Shown in pieces: positions 1 through 10,338 of a DNA stretch of 64,000 bases. Source of the DNA: a virus. Numbering within the stretch: the stretch's first letter is position 1; each line of letters starts with the position of its first letter. Under the pieces are notes generated by a model, which saw only the letters and a list, made by a program, of their open reading frames with translations, searched no databases and was not told the origin of the DNA. Position numbers and translations under genes: made by a program. The stretch lies in IMG/VR virus record IMGVR_UViG_3300021430_000595. One strand, written 5' to 3'.

Positions 1-227
1 CCCCCCTCCCGTATCCCCCCTTATATATGGTATTTTGGGGGGTCTAAATAGGGGGGACAATACCTTAGCAGAAATTTTTCCGGAAAAAATCCGAAAAGTT
101 AGAAGTATACCCTATTTCTGAAAAAAAAATTTTCCAGAATTTTTCAGAAATATGGAACATCATCCGAATTTAATATATGATATTAAAATGACATTCTTAT
201 TAGGTAATCATACCTATTTATTGGTAT

Positions 228-683
228 ATGAAAGGGTTGTTTACTATATTATTTGTTCTTTTTTTTGTAAACCTACATGGTCAAGAAATATATGAAAATG
301 ATGGTATAGAAGAAATTGTACCCGGAATAACCGCCAACGCTAACGGAATGGCGTTAATTGCATATTACCAACGAACATTCAAAGAAGGTGACTTTATATT
401 TGGTCCAAGGGTTGGTTTTACATATCACCCAATAACCACGGAAAATTCATATTTCTTTTGGCAAAACATAGTAGAATATAAAGGATTTTTCTTTTCTCCT
501 TTTTGGTTAAGGAGATACGATAAATCAATTGGATATCAAATCCCAACAACTCTGGGTTATAAACAAAAAACCAATATTGCAGAAATAGAGATTTGGGGTA
601 ACTATGTTTATCATGCAAGGTCATTTGATTTACACATTGTCATATCACCGAAAAAAAGAATCATATTAAACCCTGATTATTAA
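228..683 (+). CDS. secreted/outer-membrane beta-rich hypothetical protein
   Basis: N-terminal signal peptide (MKGLFTILFVLFFVNLHG-Q); aromatic alternating beta strands; TATTTAT at 215-221. Confidence 0.55.
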   Translation: MKGLFTILFVLFFVNLHGQEIYENDGIEEIVPGITANANGMALIAYYQRTFKEGDFIFGPRVGFTYHPITTENSYFFWQNIVEYKGFFFSPFWLRRYDKSIGYQIPTTLGYKQKTNIAEIEIWGNYVYHARSFDLHIVISPKKRIILNPDY

Positions 684-915
684 TATAACTCTTTTATTAT
701 TTTACCCCCTATTTCCAAAATCGGGGTTATAGTGGAAAATATTTTACAGTAAAAACCTCTTAGTGGAAAATAATCTCCAAAACACGAAAAAAAAATTCCG
801 GGAAATTTTTCAAAAAATCGGGATTTCCGATTTTTCTTTATGACCCTATCCAATTATTGGTTTATTCCCTTTACATATTTTTTGATTTTTATTATCATTA
901 TCAAAAAAATATATT

Positions 916-1422
916 ATGAAAAAACTACTTTTAATTTTATTAATTGGAATCTCAACAAGTTCGGTATTTGGACAAGTGGATGCCTTAATCGGAGAAGTTA
1001 GAATGTTTGCAGGAAACTTTGCACCTAAAGGATGGATGTTCTGTGAAGGACAGTTGATGTCAATTTCTTCAAATCCAGCATTATTCTCGGTCTTAGGGAC
1101 ACAATATGGTGGAAATGGAGTACAAACCTTTGAACTACCTGACCTAAGAGGGAGAGTGCCTGTTGGAGTTGGACAACCAATAGGTCAAAACGTATCTATT
1201 AATCAGGGGGAATATTTAGGTACATCAACTGTAACGATTAACAATTCTAATTTACCTATTGGTGTTTCTAATGTACAAGTACCTAAACCATCTCAGGGAG
1301 AATCAACTATTAATGTATATGGTCCCGCCACACCAACAAATGTACCCATTCCGATTTATCCACCTTCAATGGGTATTCGATTTATAATTTGCGTTGAGGG
1401 TATTTATCCTTCCCGAAATTAA
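916..1422 (+). CDS. phage tail-collar domain protein with signal peptide
   Basis: IGEVRMFAGNFAPKGWMFCEGQ...LFSVLGTQYGGNG..F.LPDLRGR collar motif; C-terminal FIICVEGIYPSR. Confidence 0.85.
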   Translation: MKKLLLILLIGISTSSVFGQVDALIGEVRMFAGNFAPKGWMFCEGQLMSISSNPALFSVLGTQYGGNGVQTFELPDLRGRVPVGVGQPIGQNVSINQGEYLGTSTVTINNSNLPIGVSNVQVPKPSQGESTINVYGPATPTNVPIPIYPPSMGIRFIICVEGIYPSRN

Positions 1423-1438
1423 TATCATAAAATAATAT

Positions 1439-1468
1439 TAACCTCATCCCAAAAAGGTGAGGTTTTTT
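1439..1468 (+). terminator. intrinsic terminator
   Basis: AACCTCATC-CCAAAA-AGGTGAGGTT hairpin followed by T run. Confidence 0.75.
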
Positions 1469-1758
1469 ATTATTTATCAAATTCATTCTCCAATACGTTA
1501 TCGTTCTCCAAGAACAATACCTTTTTCCCTTTAAGGGTTTTCTCTACATTTTGTGCTGGTGTATTCATGATATTATTATATTAGTGAACAAATTTATCAC
1601 ATTTTTTTTATTTACCAAAAAAATAATTCATAATAAAAAGAAGGGTTTTATACCATTTTTAGACTTTCCTTCCCCTACCCTAAAAATGGAATGGAAAAAA
1701 AATTTTGTTTTTACAAAAAACTTTCCTTCCTTTGTACCGTAAAAAATAAATTATAGTC

Positions 1759-2709
1759 ATGAATGAATTATTAAGGGAGGTTTTAGAAAAATCCTCAAAA
1801 CAAAACAAAATGTCTGATGAGGACTTCAACACCCCGTTAGATGAATTTATTATGTTGGCATATCGTAATTGTTATCCAAACACGTATGGTATCTTATTTG
1901 CAAAGAAAATCATACAAATGTCTAATGGTGGGATGAAACAGATGAACCCAAAGTTAGATTGTGGTGATGCACAATATACAATGTTGGGTCAAAAGAAGTA
2001 TTGTGAGATTAAAATATCCTACCTCAATGATGGAGATAAATACAGAATCACAAACATCAGAACACACCAAAATTTTGATTATTTTATTCTATGTTTTGTG
2101 GATAGGGTTAAAAACTTCAAACCAAAATTTTATATTGTTCCTAAAGAGGCAATTACAGATAACCCAGCAATTCACTTAACACCAATGAATGGAACGTCGT
2201 GGGCGAACATGAATAATAAAATAGTTCCAATGTCCACCTCAATAAGTGCATTTGATTTAGATTGGTTATTAAAGAAACACAATATCCTAACCAATAACAC
2301 CACAAAAGGTTTAATGTCTTATTTGTCCACAATAGACAGACAAATTACAAGTATGTATCAAAGTTATCAAATACCCTTTGATTTTACACCACAAAAACAA
2401 ATCACAAGACCCCGAAACCCAAGCACTAGAATAAAATTCTTAGTCTATAATAAAGATGGGAAGTATTATGGGGAGTTATTTGAATCAAATAACCGTAAAA
2501 CATTAATAGAATTGGTTAAAATATTAAGACCAAAAACAATTGTACACGCATTTTGGCCGGCGTATTTGAGCACTTTAAAAAGTGAGACCCGAACAGTCGA
2601 TGTGGGTGATGGGTATTACCTAAATCCAATAATTTCTTTAAGAGACGTTAAAAAACTCATCAATAATATAAACAATCTTACAAAATTCAATATCAAAATT
2701 TCTTACTAA
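1759..2709 (+). CDS. PD-(D/E)xK restriction-endonuclease-like protein
   Basis: GD...EIK motif (DCGDAQY...YCEIKIS) followed by DYFILCFVD strand. Confidence 0.5.
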   Translation: MNELLREVLEKSSKQNKMSDEDFNTPLDEFIMLAYRNCYPNTYGILFAKKIIQMSNGGMKQMNPKLDCGDAQYTMLGQKKYCEIKISYLNDGDKYRITNIRTHQNFDYFILCFVDRVKNFKPKFYIVPKEAITDNPAIHLTPMNGTSWANMNNKIVPMSTSISAFDLDWLLKKHNILTNNTTKGLMSYLSTIDRQITSMYQSYQIPFDFTPQKQITRPRNPSTRIKFLVYNKDGKYYGELFESNNRKTLIELVKILRPKTIVHAFWPAYLSTLKSETRTVDVGDGYYLNPIISLRDVKKLINNINNLTKFNIKISY

Positions 2710-2728
2710 CTTTTAAAAATAAAAAAAA

Positions 2729-3730
2729 ATGAAAATCGTACAACAATTTCAAAACTCTGTGGATTTAAAAACATACACAAAATACAATCGCAGAAGAGAA
2801 GAATGGTCAGTTGACAAATTCTTAAACGTCCCACCTTATGAAATGAACAGAGAAGTGGAACATCGCGTGAAAAAAGTGTCAAAAAATCTCGCAAGTGGAT
2901 TCATACCGGGACATGTGGAAGTAAAAGTAGGTAGAGCAATGACATCTTTCGGTCGTTACAAAAAAGGTGACTTATTCCGATTGGATGGTAACACCAGAGC
3001 GGAAGTTTGGGTAAAATATCCAAATCTTATACCACCTGTAAATTTGGATGTGACAATTTATGATTTCTATACAAAAGAAGAGGCTGATAAAACATACTAC
3101 AGTATTGACAGTTATGAGTCGGTAGAAACATCATCTGATAAAATGACCGGATTACTTCGTGAGATGGATTATGTTGCAGTCACTGATATGATTAAAAAAG
3201 GTAAATTTAAATCAACATTGGCGCTGGCTTGTCGTTATGGTTATGACCACGATAATTTAGATAAAAATGGAAGACCTTTATATCTTCAAACAGCATCTGA
3301 AAAAGAACAATTGAGGTACTTTAAAAATGAGTTATTTGCTCTCGATGAAATGAACAATGCATTGGACAGTAAAAATAACCGTAAACTTAGTATGAATGTT
3401 ACCGCATCTTTCTTAATGGTGGCAAAGAGATATAATGTTAACAATCCTCGTTTCCGTGAATTGGTCAATAATTACATAAACGAGATTACCGAAACGAATG
3501 ATTCAACTGAAGTGGATGGTGTACATTATGTACTAAACACATTGTATCCAAAAAATAAAAATGTTTGGAAATACAACGGTTATAGTTCATACTCAAAAGG
3601 TGTGACTCCGGTTATTTGTGAAATCTTATTTGCGTTTGATTGTTTTATGAATCATCAAAACTTACCAAAAACCAAAAAACCACTTTCCGACAGTAAGTTG
3701 TATTCTTTTTGGCAAAACTATAACGGTTAA
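2729..3730 (+). CDS. ParB/Srx-like N-terminal domain protein
   Basis: NREVE...FRLDGNTR resembles the ParB-like DGxxR motif. Confidence 0.5.
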   Translation: MKIVQQFQNSVDLKTYTKYNRRREEWSVDKFLNVPPYEMNREVEHRVKKVSKNLASGFIPGHVEVKVGRAMTSFGRYKKGDLFRLDGNTRAEVWVKYPNLIPPVNLDVTIYDFYTKEEADKTYYSIDSYESVETSSDKMTGLLREMDYVAVTDMIKKGKFKSTLALACRYGYDHDNLDKNGRPLYLQTASEKEQLRYFKNELFALDEMNNALDSKNNRKLSMNVTASFLMVAKRYNVNNPRFRELVNNYINEITETNDSTEVDGVHYVLNTLYPKNKNVWKYNGYSSYSKGVTPVICEILFAFDCFMNHQNLPKTKKPLSDSKLYSFWQNYNG

Positions 3731-3750
3731 TTCTAAATGGTCGTTTTATA

Positions 3751-3778
3751 AACCCTCACCCCAAAGGTGGGGGTTTTT
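3751..3778 (+). terminator. intrinsic terminator
   Basis: AAACCCTCACC-CCAAA-GGTGGGGGTTT followed by Ts. Confidence 0.75.
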
Positions 3779-3806
3779 ATTTGCATCTGAGAATATTTAT
3801 AATAAC

Positions 3807-4907
3807 ATGAAAGTAGTAATCACCGAATCCCAATTAAAGGGTATTATAAAAGAGGTCAGAAACAAGGAAGAAGACCGTACCAAAATATATCAGGATGAAA
3901 ATCTTGTTGTGGTTGCACCGTTAACCCACAAGTCATCTTGTAAGTATGGTGCTCACACCAAATGGTGTACCGCAGTTCCGTCCACAGATGAACACTTCAA
4001 CTATTACATGCAGAATGGGGTGTTAATCTATTTCATTATACGTTCACCACATAAGAACACAACCAAGTCAGAATATAAATTTGCATACTATCATCCATTT
4101 ACACCCGATGCGGAGGAACTTAAAGGGTGGTATGATATGTCGGATAATCAACTTGATTTTACCGGTGAACAGAACAGCGTGGATATGAATCTAATTAAGT
4201 TCCTTATCCCTGATGAGGTATTTAATTTGGTTAAAGAATACATCAAGACACAGAAACCTATATGGTTGAAAAAACTAAAGGAGACAAGACAGGAAATTGC
4301 ACAATACTTTGTTAACGATATTCACAATACAATGAATACAATCGTTAATGATAATAATTGGTTCATTTCATATAGAACAACACCGTTTGATAATTACGAG
4401 TTCTATAAGAGTAAAAACTTTCCTTATGTATATTTCTCACCGAACAATTCACTTACCATATTCTACTTGAATAAAAAGACCAACGAGATATACACACAAA
4501 AACTTGAATTCTATCAGGATTTGAGAAACTATGAGTTTAAAGGTGCTAAGTTCTTATCGGCAATCGAAGACATATATAATGATAAACCGAGTGAGAAGAT
4601 GGTTGCGGTATTTGATAAGTATTATCCTCAGATATTGAAGACGTACTTTAAGGTTAGAAAAGAGAATTACCATCCAAACGAAAATTCCTATTTATATATG
4701 CCACCTCAATATGTTGAGAAAGGTGATTTTGTTGGGGGTATTCGTGGGGATAGTAAGATTCACGATATAACCACCGACCCGAGAAACGGTAGATTTGTTA
4801 TTAGTACAATCGACTCAAAAGGTAGTATCAGTAACAGTACATATTACAGTGACGATTATGGCATCGGAATGAAATACGATAAAGATAAACACAACCCAAT
4901 TAGTTAA
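3807..4907 (+). CDS. PcfJ-like/WCT-motif protein (paralogue 1)
   Basis: VAPLTHKSSCKYGAHTKWCTA motif shared with 11985 and 18652; N-terminal ITESQL leader. Confidence 0.55.
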   Translation: MKVVITESQLKGIIKEVRNKEEDRTKIYQDENLVVVAPLTHKSSCKYGAHTKWCTAVPSTDEHFNYYMQNGVLIYFIIRSPHKNTTKSEYKFAYYHPFTPDAEELKGWYDMSDNQLDFTGEQNSVDMNLIKFLIPDEVFNLVKEYIKTQKPIWLKKLKETRQEIAQYFVNDIHNTMNTIVNDNNWFISYRTTPFDNYEFYKSKNFPYVYFSPNNSLTIFYLNKKTNEIYTQKLEFYQDLRNYEFKGAKFLSAIEDIYNDKPSEKMVAVFDKYYPQILKTYFKVRKENYHPNENSYLYMPPQYVEKGDFVGGIRGDSKIHDITTDPRNGRFVISTIDSKGSISNSTYYSDDYGIGMKYDKDKHNPIS

Positions 4908-5089
4908 TGAGAGACTCAACAAAAATTGAAGAACTAAAATTCAGTTATGACGGTGTAAAAATGATACCGGTACAAACCTATGTAACTCCATTCGGAGAAA
5001 TCTATGTATCCTTTAAAAGAAGTGATAACTGTTTCATCAACATCCACAGTTCGGATGTGAAAAAATATGTCGTTAACGAAAGGGCATAA
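4907..5089 (+). CDS. hypothetical protein
   Basis: TAATG overlap with upstream gene; followed by a terminator hairpin. Confidence 0.6.
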   Translation: MRDSTKIEELKFSYDGVKMIPVQTYVTPFGEIYVSFKRSDNCFINIHSSDVKKYVVNERA

Positions 5090-5124
5090 AAAAAATCAGA
5101 ACAAGTCTGATTTAAATTAAAAAA

Positions 5125-5940
5125 CTCTGAGATTACAAGTTTTATTAGTTGTCTTTAGAAGGATTATTTGATTCCCTTCATATCCACTTCCTTTTGAGAA
5201 GTAACAACCAGTGACGGTCAATTAGATTAACCAATCCTTGAGTCATCGAATACTCTCTTACTAATCGTCACTCTTCGAGAATGCCTCCCCGATTAATCCT
5301 TGCGGGACTAGAGAACTTTCATAAAAATCGTATCGGGCTTGGGACCCTCTACGGCAATGAACATCTCATTACTATGTAGTCACCTGTTTCCGACGACTGA
5401 CGAGCACTTTTCCTTTGATTTGACTTTTGAAAATCAACAGTTTCAAAGTTGCGGTTTTGTGGATGATGAAGGTAGTGGCTCGCCGACCAGCCATGTCATC
5501 TTTTGAACGACACGATACTAAACTACCCTCTGAAATGTCCCCATTTCCATACTTTTGGTCTCCTTCATGGATAAACTCTTGGTAGAGTTTAAACAAGGAC
5601 GATAACAGCACCACCTGTACATCATCATACCTTTCGGTTTTAAGATTACCATTGTATTGAATCACGCGATAATATAGTCGGATAACTACATTTCTCACAA
5701 TAATCCTACGAGTTATTCTTATTGGAGTTCCCTCCTCAACGGAACGACCCACATCGCCCCGTCATTTCGTCATTTCCTCTACAGTGTTACCCTCGAATAC
5801 TCAGACCAAATGATATCTCGCTTGTCTACTCAAGTACCAAACAAGGTTACCCCTATTCGATACCGCAACCCACATTAACCAATGGTGAGTCACTTTATAC
5901 CACTTTCGTGGTTTATTTTATGGACTATAGACCGCCCAAT
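5125..5940 (-). ncRNA. large (~815 nt) structured ncRNA, GOLLD-like
   Basis: GC-elevated with no credible ORF; many hairpins with GNRA loops (CCAC-GAAA-GTGG, ACC-GAAA-GGT, TCCC-GCAA-GGA); upstream promoter (6003-6034) and boxA (5950-5958); 3' GTAATCTCAG hairpin then terminator; length matches GOLLD. Confidence 0.6.
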
Positions 5941-5997
5941 ATTTTTAATTCAAAGAACTATCTTTTTTAAGACCTTCGAGTCAGTGACTCTCAAATC

Positions 5998-6282
5998 TTT
6001 TACAAAGGTAAGAAGAATTTTTCAATTCTCCAAATCTTTTTTGATTTTTTTTCAAAAAAGATTGTAAGTCGTTATAACTGTTGCGGTAATATGTTTCACT
6101 TACACTTGAAATGCGAAGGAATCCCGTAGTCACTTTCCTCACATACAACAGTAGCCCTACGGACCTAGACTGTTTCTACAACTTACTATCTTCAAAGAAC
6201 TTTTCAGGATTTCTCCCGATTTGTTTTACAAAGGTAAGAAGAATTTTTCAATTCTCCAAATCTTTTTTGATTTTTTTTTTCA
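5998..6282 (-). promoter_or_regulatory. duplicated ~55-bp Bacteroidota sigmaA-type promoter (5998-6054 and 6224-6282)
   Basis: near-perfect direct repeat; minus strand reads TTTG-N20-TACCTTTG; each copy is followed by boxA-like GTTCTTTGA. Confidence 0.75.
6064..6186 (-). ncRNA. unassigned ~120-nt structured RNA
   Basis: own promoter and boxA; closed by GTAAGTTGT/ACGACTTAC stem; internal CCGTAG/CTACGG and CTGTTG/CAACAG pairings. Confidence 0.5.
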
Positions 6283-6421
6283 GAACCCTCAACCGTTTGG
6301 TTATAAAATGAAATACATCATTTTTACTTCAGGTAATTTTTACGATTGTTCTGAAATGTTTCACAAAAGTAAGGTGTGTTTTCGATATAAACAAGTATTT
6401 ATAGAAAAAAAGTTTTTTATT

Positions 6422-7072
6422 ATGCGTAAATTCACTGTAACTGAGGAAGAAAAAAAACAAATACTTGAAAGTCACATGTCCCATGGATATAAACAAGGTG
6501 TTCTATTTGAACAATCTGAAACCTATAAACTAAACATGGCGATTCAGTGTTTCTTAAATAAGAAAGGTATTAAGGATGACACAGGTCAACCGTTGAAGAT
6601 GGATGGTTCTATCGGAACTTACCCTAATTCGAAATCGGCACAAGCAATTGTAAAGTACCAAACCATGATTAAGGTTTATCCTACTGATGGTGTATGGGGT
6701 CCTGACACAATTGGGAAAATGCCAGAGTCTGACAAAAAAATGTACAGAGAGTGTGTTTCTGAACACGGAGACATCATCGATAAAGGTCTTCACTTATTTG
6801 GTCTTGATGAACAAGTAACTAAGTTAAGAACCGGTGAGTCGTTAAATGATAAAGACCTAAAAATTATGGCATGTAGAACGTGGAACAGATGGAAGGGTAT
6901 TTCTACTGAAGAAGACGTGATGAAGGCCAAGAATTGGACTAAAACTGTAATGAAAACAGAATATCCTTACGATATGGATGTAGTTTGTAAATCTACAGGT
7001 GACACCACGGGAATTAAGAGTGATGCGGATAGAATGGTTTTAAAAGGTGTGATAGAATTGGCTTGGATTTAA
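6422..7072 (+). CDS. peptidoglycan-binding domain protein (start reassigned to 6422)
   Basis: DGSIG..SAQAIVKYQ..DGVWGPDT PG_binding_1-like motif; TATTTAT upstream of MRKFTVTEEEK. Confidence 0.6.
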   Translation: MRKFTVTEEEKKQILESHMSHGYKQGVLFEQSETYKLNMAIQCFLNKKGIKDDTGQPLKMDGSIGTYPNSKSAQAIVKYQTMIKVYPTDGVWGPDTIGKMPESDKKMYRECVSEHGDIIDKGLHLFGLDEQVTKLRTGESLNDKDLKIMACRTWNRWKGISTEEDVMKAKNWTKTVMKTEYPYDMDVVCKSTGDTTGIKSDADRMVLKGVIELAWI

Positions 7073-7123
7073 AACAAACACGAATTAATTATAAAATAAT
7101 TAAACCTCTCTCGGGAGGTTTTT

Positions 7124-7363
7124 TTATGCTCTAACCTTTTTGATTCTATTTAATTCGTGGTCTTTAATAACGTAGGTCGTCTCCACACCACCGGTATCGT
7201 TGAGTAAGCTCACTACATGAAATCCGTGTTTGTAATCGTTTATTTCTATTAATGCACCCTCTATAAAACCCAGTTCCATTAACCTAAGTGTGAATCCCGG
7301 TATACATTCTTCACACGGTTCATCCTCGGAAATACCTATGACCTTATATAATATTGAACTCAT
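7124..7363 (-). CDS. FeoA-like SH3 protein
   Basis: RLMELGFIEGALIEI is the FeoA signature RLxxLGxxxG. Confidence 0.6.
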   Translation of the reverse strand: MSSILYKVIGISEDEPCEECIPGFTLRLMELGFIEGALIEINDYKHGFHVVSLLNDTGGVETTYVIKDHELNRIKKVRA

Positions 7364-7393
7364 ACTTAAATAATAAGAAAATTTTTCTATTTA

Positions 7394-7615
7394 TTGTATA
7401 TGGGATTTAATAAATGTTTGGTATCGTCTGAGGAACAAGTTCGTAAAATGATTCAGGAAAAAGGTTCTGAGTCTGTGGCTAAGAGTTTCTTGAGATGCGA
7501 TTGTTTTATTGGTAATCCCGAAGGTATTGGGTTAATTAATAATATAGTTGAGGAATACTTATTTAAAAACGAACCTCGGGCGCCGGAACCGGGACAAGAT
7601 ATTTATAAATTATGA
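7394..7615 (+). CDS. hypothetical protein
   Basis: 73-aa ORF with ATGA overlap to the next gene. Confidence 0.5.
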   Translation: MYMGFNKCLVSSEEQVRKMIQEKGSESVAKSFLRCDCFIGNPEGIGLINNIVEEYLFKNEPRAPEPGQDIYKL

Positions 7616-7950
7616 AAAGAGTCATTATATTAAACGAGTCACAATTAATTAAAATTGTTGAAAATGTTATTTCTGAGGAAACGAATAATAAAATGATATC
7701 ATCCGCGATATTGGGTTATTTGGATAAACATTGGGACAGTATTGTGAACGACATATATCCCGATAAAATGAAAGGATTAATTGCTAAGAAAGAGGTAATG
7801 ATTCATTGTGAGAACATTCGTGACGGAAAACCGGTTAGACCGTTAACCAAAAATGCTCAAGTATTATATAACACTGTGAAGAAGATGGTCGAAACATCCC
7901 CTAATATGTCAGAATATACTAATATAGGTAGAAACATTAAGCACAGTTAA
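7612..7950 (+). CDS. hypothetical protein with LNESQL leader
   Basis: MKRVIILNESQLIKIV; TATTTAT upstream. Confidence 0.65.
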   Translation: MKRVIILNESQLIKIVENVISEETNNKMISSAILGYLDKHWDSIVNDIYPDKMKGLIAKKEVMIHCENIRDGKPVRPLTKNAQVLYNTVKKMVETSPNMSEYTNIGRNIKHS

Positions 7951-7953
7951 AGT

Positions 7954-9228
7954 ATGAAGAAAATAATTAAATTAAACGAGAATGATTTACTTAAAATCGT
8001 TAAGAATATCCTTAACGAACAAACCGTTTCATTTTCAGAAATAAAAGGGACGACATCGAAAGAACCAATTAGTAGTCCATCTGTATTAATAAATGCCGGT
8101 TTAAATGCGAATCAATCTAACTTTACCGGTAGATGGGTTTTATCGGGAGATAAGATTGGTAAAACATTTAGACAAGTTAGAAACCTAAGTCTATTTGAAA
8201 TGTTAACCGAAAAGTCACCAAAAGGTGGTGAGGATTTTATTGAAATTACAATTAATAGATTCACAAAAACAGAATTTAACCCAAACAAAACTGTTAAAAC
8301 CCCATCTAAATTAGATACCGCAACACCACCAAAAGTTGAATCACTAAGTGGTTCGGGTTCGAAAGTATTTGAAACAAACTATGGAGATGAGACCGACCCT
8401 AAATACGTTTGGAAAATGACCAAAATTGTTGCGTCAGGTAACGGATTACTCGCACTTTCAAGAGCACTGGTTGAAAGTAAAACGAGTTACCCAAACAGAA
8501 TCACAATAGGTTTTTCTGAAGAGGTTAGAAGAAGTTCGTCGTATCAATTTAATGCATCGATTATTGGTAATATGACACCATACTTGAATGGCTTCAATTT
8601 AATGATTACCGCTTATATCTTAAAAATTAATAACGTTTTACCTAAATACGCCCAAGGTGATAGTTATGTCTATAAAATGTTAAACAAGTTCTCGGGAATG
8701 TCCGAAGAGGAGATTGCGACGTATTTAACACAGACGTTATATAGTTTAGATTCATATTTCATTCCCTCAAATGAAATTGCTGAGTTTAGGGTAAAAAAAG
8801 ATACCAATGGTCAACCAATACTTAAAAACTACAATTCAACATCAATATCAAATCTTTTAAAAACAATACCTAAAAATCCAACATTAGTAAGAGGTATATA
8901 CGCTAAAAACTATAATGCTGTTAAAAACGCTTCAACAGAATATAATAATTTCACCAATATATTCATTGAGGAGATTACCAAACAATATAAAGAAAGAGTT
9001 TACTCATTTTTTAATGCAGCATATGGTCCCGAACAGGCCAAAAAATTAGTTAATTCAACTAATTTTAAAAATAATGTAAGTAGTGATTTATCTAAAAACA
9101 TTATTGATGTAACATTCGGTGTTATTAGAAGTGGTTCCGTTCAACCTCAAAAATCAGATTCCACCCAACGTGCAGCCAATAATACCTACGATTTAGGTAG
9201 TCCAATACCGAACCAAGAACGAGGTTAA
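7954..9228 (+). CDS. hypothetical (putative virion) protein
   Basis: MKKIIKLNENDLLKIVKNILNEQ leader; 424-aa ORF. Confidence 0.7.
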   Translation: MKKIIKLNENDLLKIVKNILNEQTVSFSEIKGTTSKEPISSPSVLINAGLNANQSNFTGRWVLSGDKIGKTFRQVRNLSLFEMLTEKSPKGGEDFIEITINRFTKTEFNPNKTVKTPSKLDTATPPKVESLSGSGSKVFETNYGDETDPKYVWKMTKIVASGNGLLALSRALVESKTSYPNRITIGFSEEVRRSSSYQFNASIIGNMTPYLNGFNLMITAYILKINNVLPKYAQGDSYVYKMLNKFSGMSEEEIATYLTQTLYSLDSYFIPSNEIAEFRVKKDTNGQPILKNYNSTSISNLLKTIPKNPTLVRGIYAKNYNAVKNASTEYNNFTNIFIEEITKQYKERVYSFFNAAYGPEQAKKLVNSTNFKNNVSSDLSKNIIDVTFGVIRSGSVQPQKSDSTQRAANNTYDLGSPIPNQERG

Positions 9229-9674
9229 TTCTTAACTTTTGATTCCCAACTAATAATAAATTCTTTATTAGGGATGATTACATTGATTATTTCATCACTA
9301 GTTGATGTGGTGAATGAACCGGTGTAATATGTGCCGTCAGATTCTAAGTATGATTGGAATAGATATGTAACAGTTCCCGATAGATTATCAAAAATAACTT
9401 CACCTATTGTTGGGTATTTCACATATCCTGTATCGGTTAAAAAGAAAATTGAATCGGGTTTAGTGTTCATGTAGTTGGAATAGTACAAACTAATTGAACT
9501 TACATGATAGTATGGTAATATTTCTTCAATCGACTCATTTTCAATAAAACAAGTTCTCATCGCCATGATTGTTTCGGTTTTCACGTTGTAAACCATAATG
9601 TCTGAGGAGTCAACACTTTGTGCGGATAAGTTTGTAACCAAAAATGTCAAAAGGATAAAAATTACTTGTTTCAT
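9225..9674 (-). CDS. secreted hypothetical protein
   Basis: signal peptide MKQVIFILLTFLVTNLSA-Q. Confidence 0.6.
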   Translation of the reverse strand: MKQVIFILLTFLVTNLSAQSVDSSDIMVYNVKTETIMAMRTCFIENESIEEILPYYHVSSISLYYSNYMNTKPDSIFFLTDTGYVKYPTIGEVIFDNLSGTVTYLFQSYLESDGTYYTGSFTTSTSDEIINVIIPNKEFIISWESKVKN

Positions 9675-9759
9675 GTCTTTGTTGTTTTTTACATTAACGT
9701 TGCTAAGTTACGTTATATTTTATATATTCCAAAATTTTTTAGGATATTTATTATACGTA

Positions 9760-10338
9760 ATGAAAATAAAATCAGATTTAATACCACACAATCAGTTCCA
9801 CAAAGGGTTATGGTTACAAACGGAAAAGAGTCCGTGGTATTTTTTTTATGAAACCCCGAGAGAATATCATTTACCCAAAAGTAATTCATTTTACAAGACT
9901 GTGGACGAAAGTCTATTAGATTTGGTTAAACTTTTTCATTCAAAATCTATCCCAACAACACCATCTTGTTCAGGACACATTCAACCGCTAATGCATTATG
10001 CAAAATTGTTTAATACAATAAAGTCAGCACAGAATGATATAAGAAACAATGGGGTTGAGTTGATGAATCCTGAAACAAATAGAAAATTCTTTTATAAAAA
10101 CCCAAATTATAGTTTACCGTGGAATAAAGAAGAATTTCTATTAAATATGGAAAACTATCAAAAAAAAGGTGTTCTTGGTTTTATAGACAAAGACGATTTA
10201 CATGAAAAACTAAATAACTTAACGCCGGTAGAACACGATAATGGTGTTACGTTGATTCTTACGAATTCAAATGATGAAGAATCTATATCGAAAAATTGGG
10301 ATGAAATTTACAAAATGGTAAAGAGTAATCTAAAATAA
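9760..10338 (+). CDS. Tyw3/Taw3-like (TxxSCxGH) protein (start reassigned to 9760)
   Basis: VDESLLDLV...IPTTPSCSGH motif; TATTTAT upstream. Confidence 0.4.
   Translation: MKIKSDLIPHNQFHKGLWLQTEKSPWYFFYETPREYHLPKSNSFYKTVDESLLDLVKLFHSKSIPTTPSCSGHIQPLMHYAKLFNTIKSAQNDIRNNGVELMNPETNRKFFYKNPNYSLPWNKEEFLLNMENYQKKGVLGFIDKDDLHEKLNNLTPVEHDNGVTLILTNSNDEESISKNWDEIYKMVKSNLK

Noticed and set aside
6064-6186. RNase P RNA (GAGGAAAGT motif; also GAGGATAGTC near 52570)
   Set aside because: Far too short and lacking the complementary 3' P4 strand
5372-6311. ORF-track ORFs 5372, 5722, 5882, 6111 and the N-terminal extension of 6221
   Set aside because: They overlap the structured RNAs and duplicated promoters and have atypical composition
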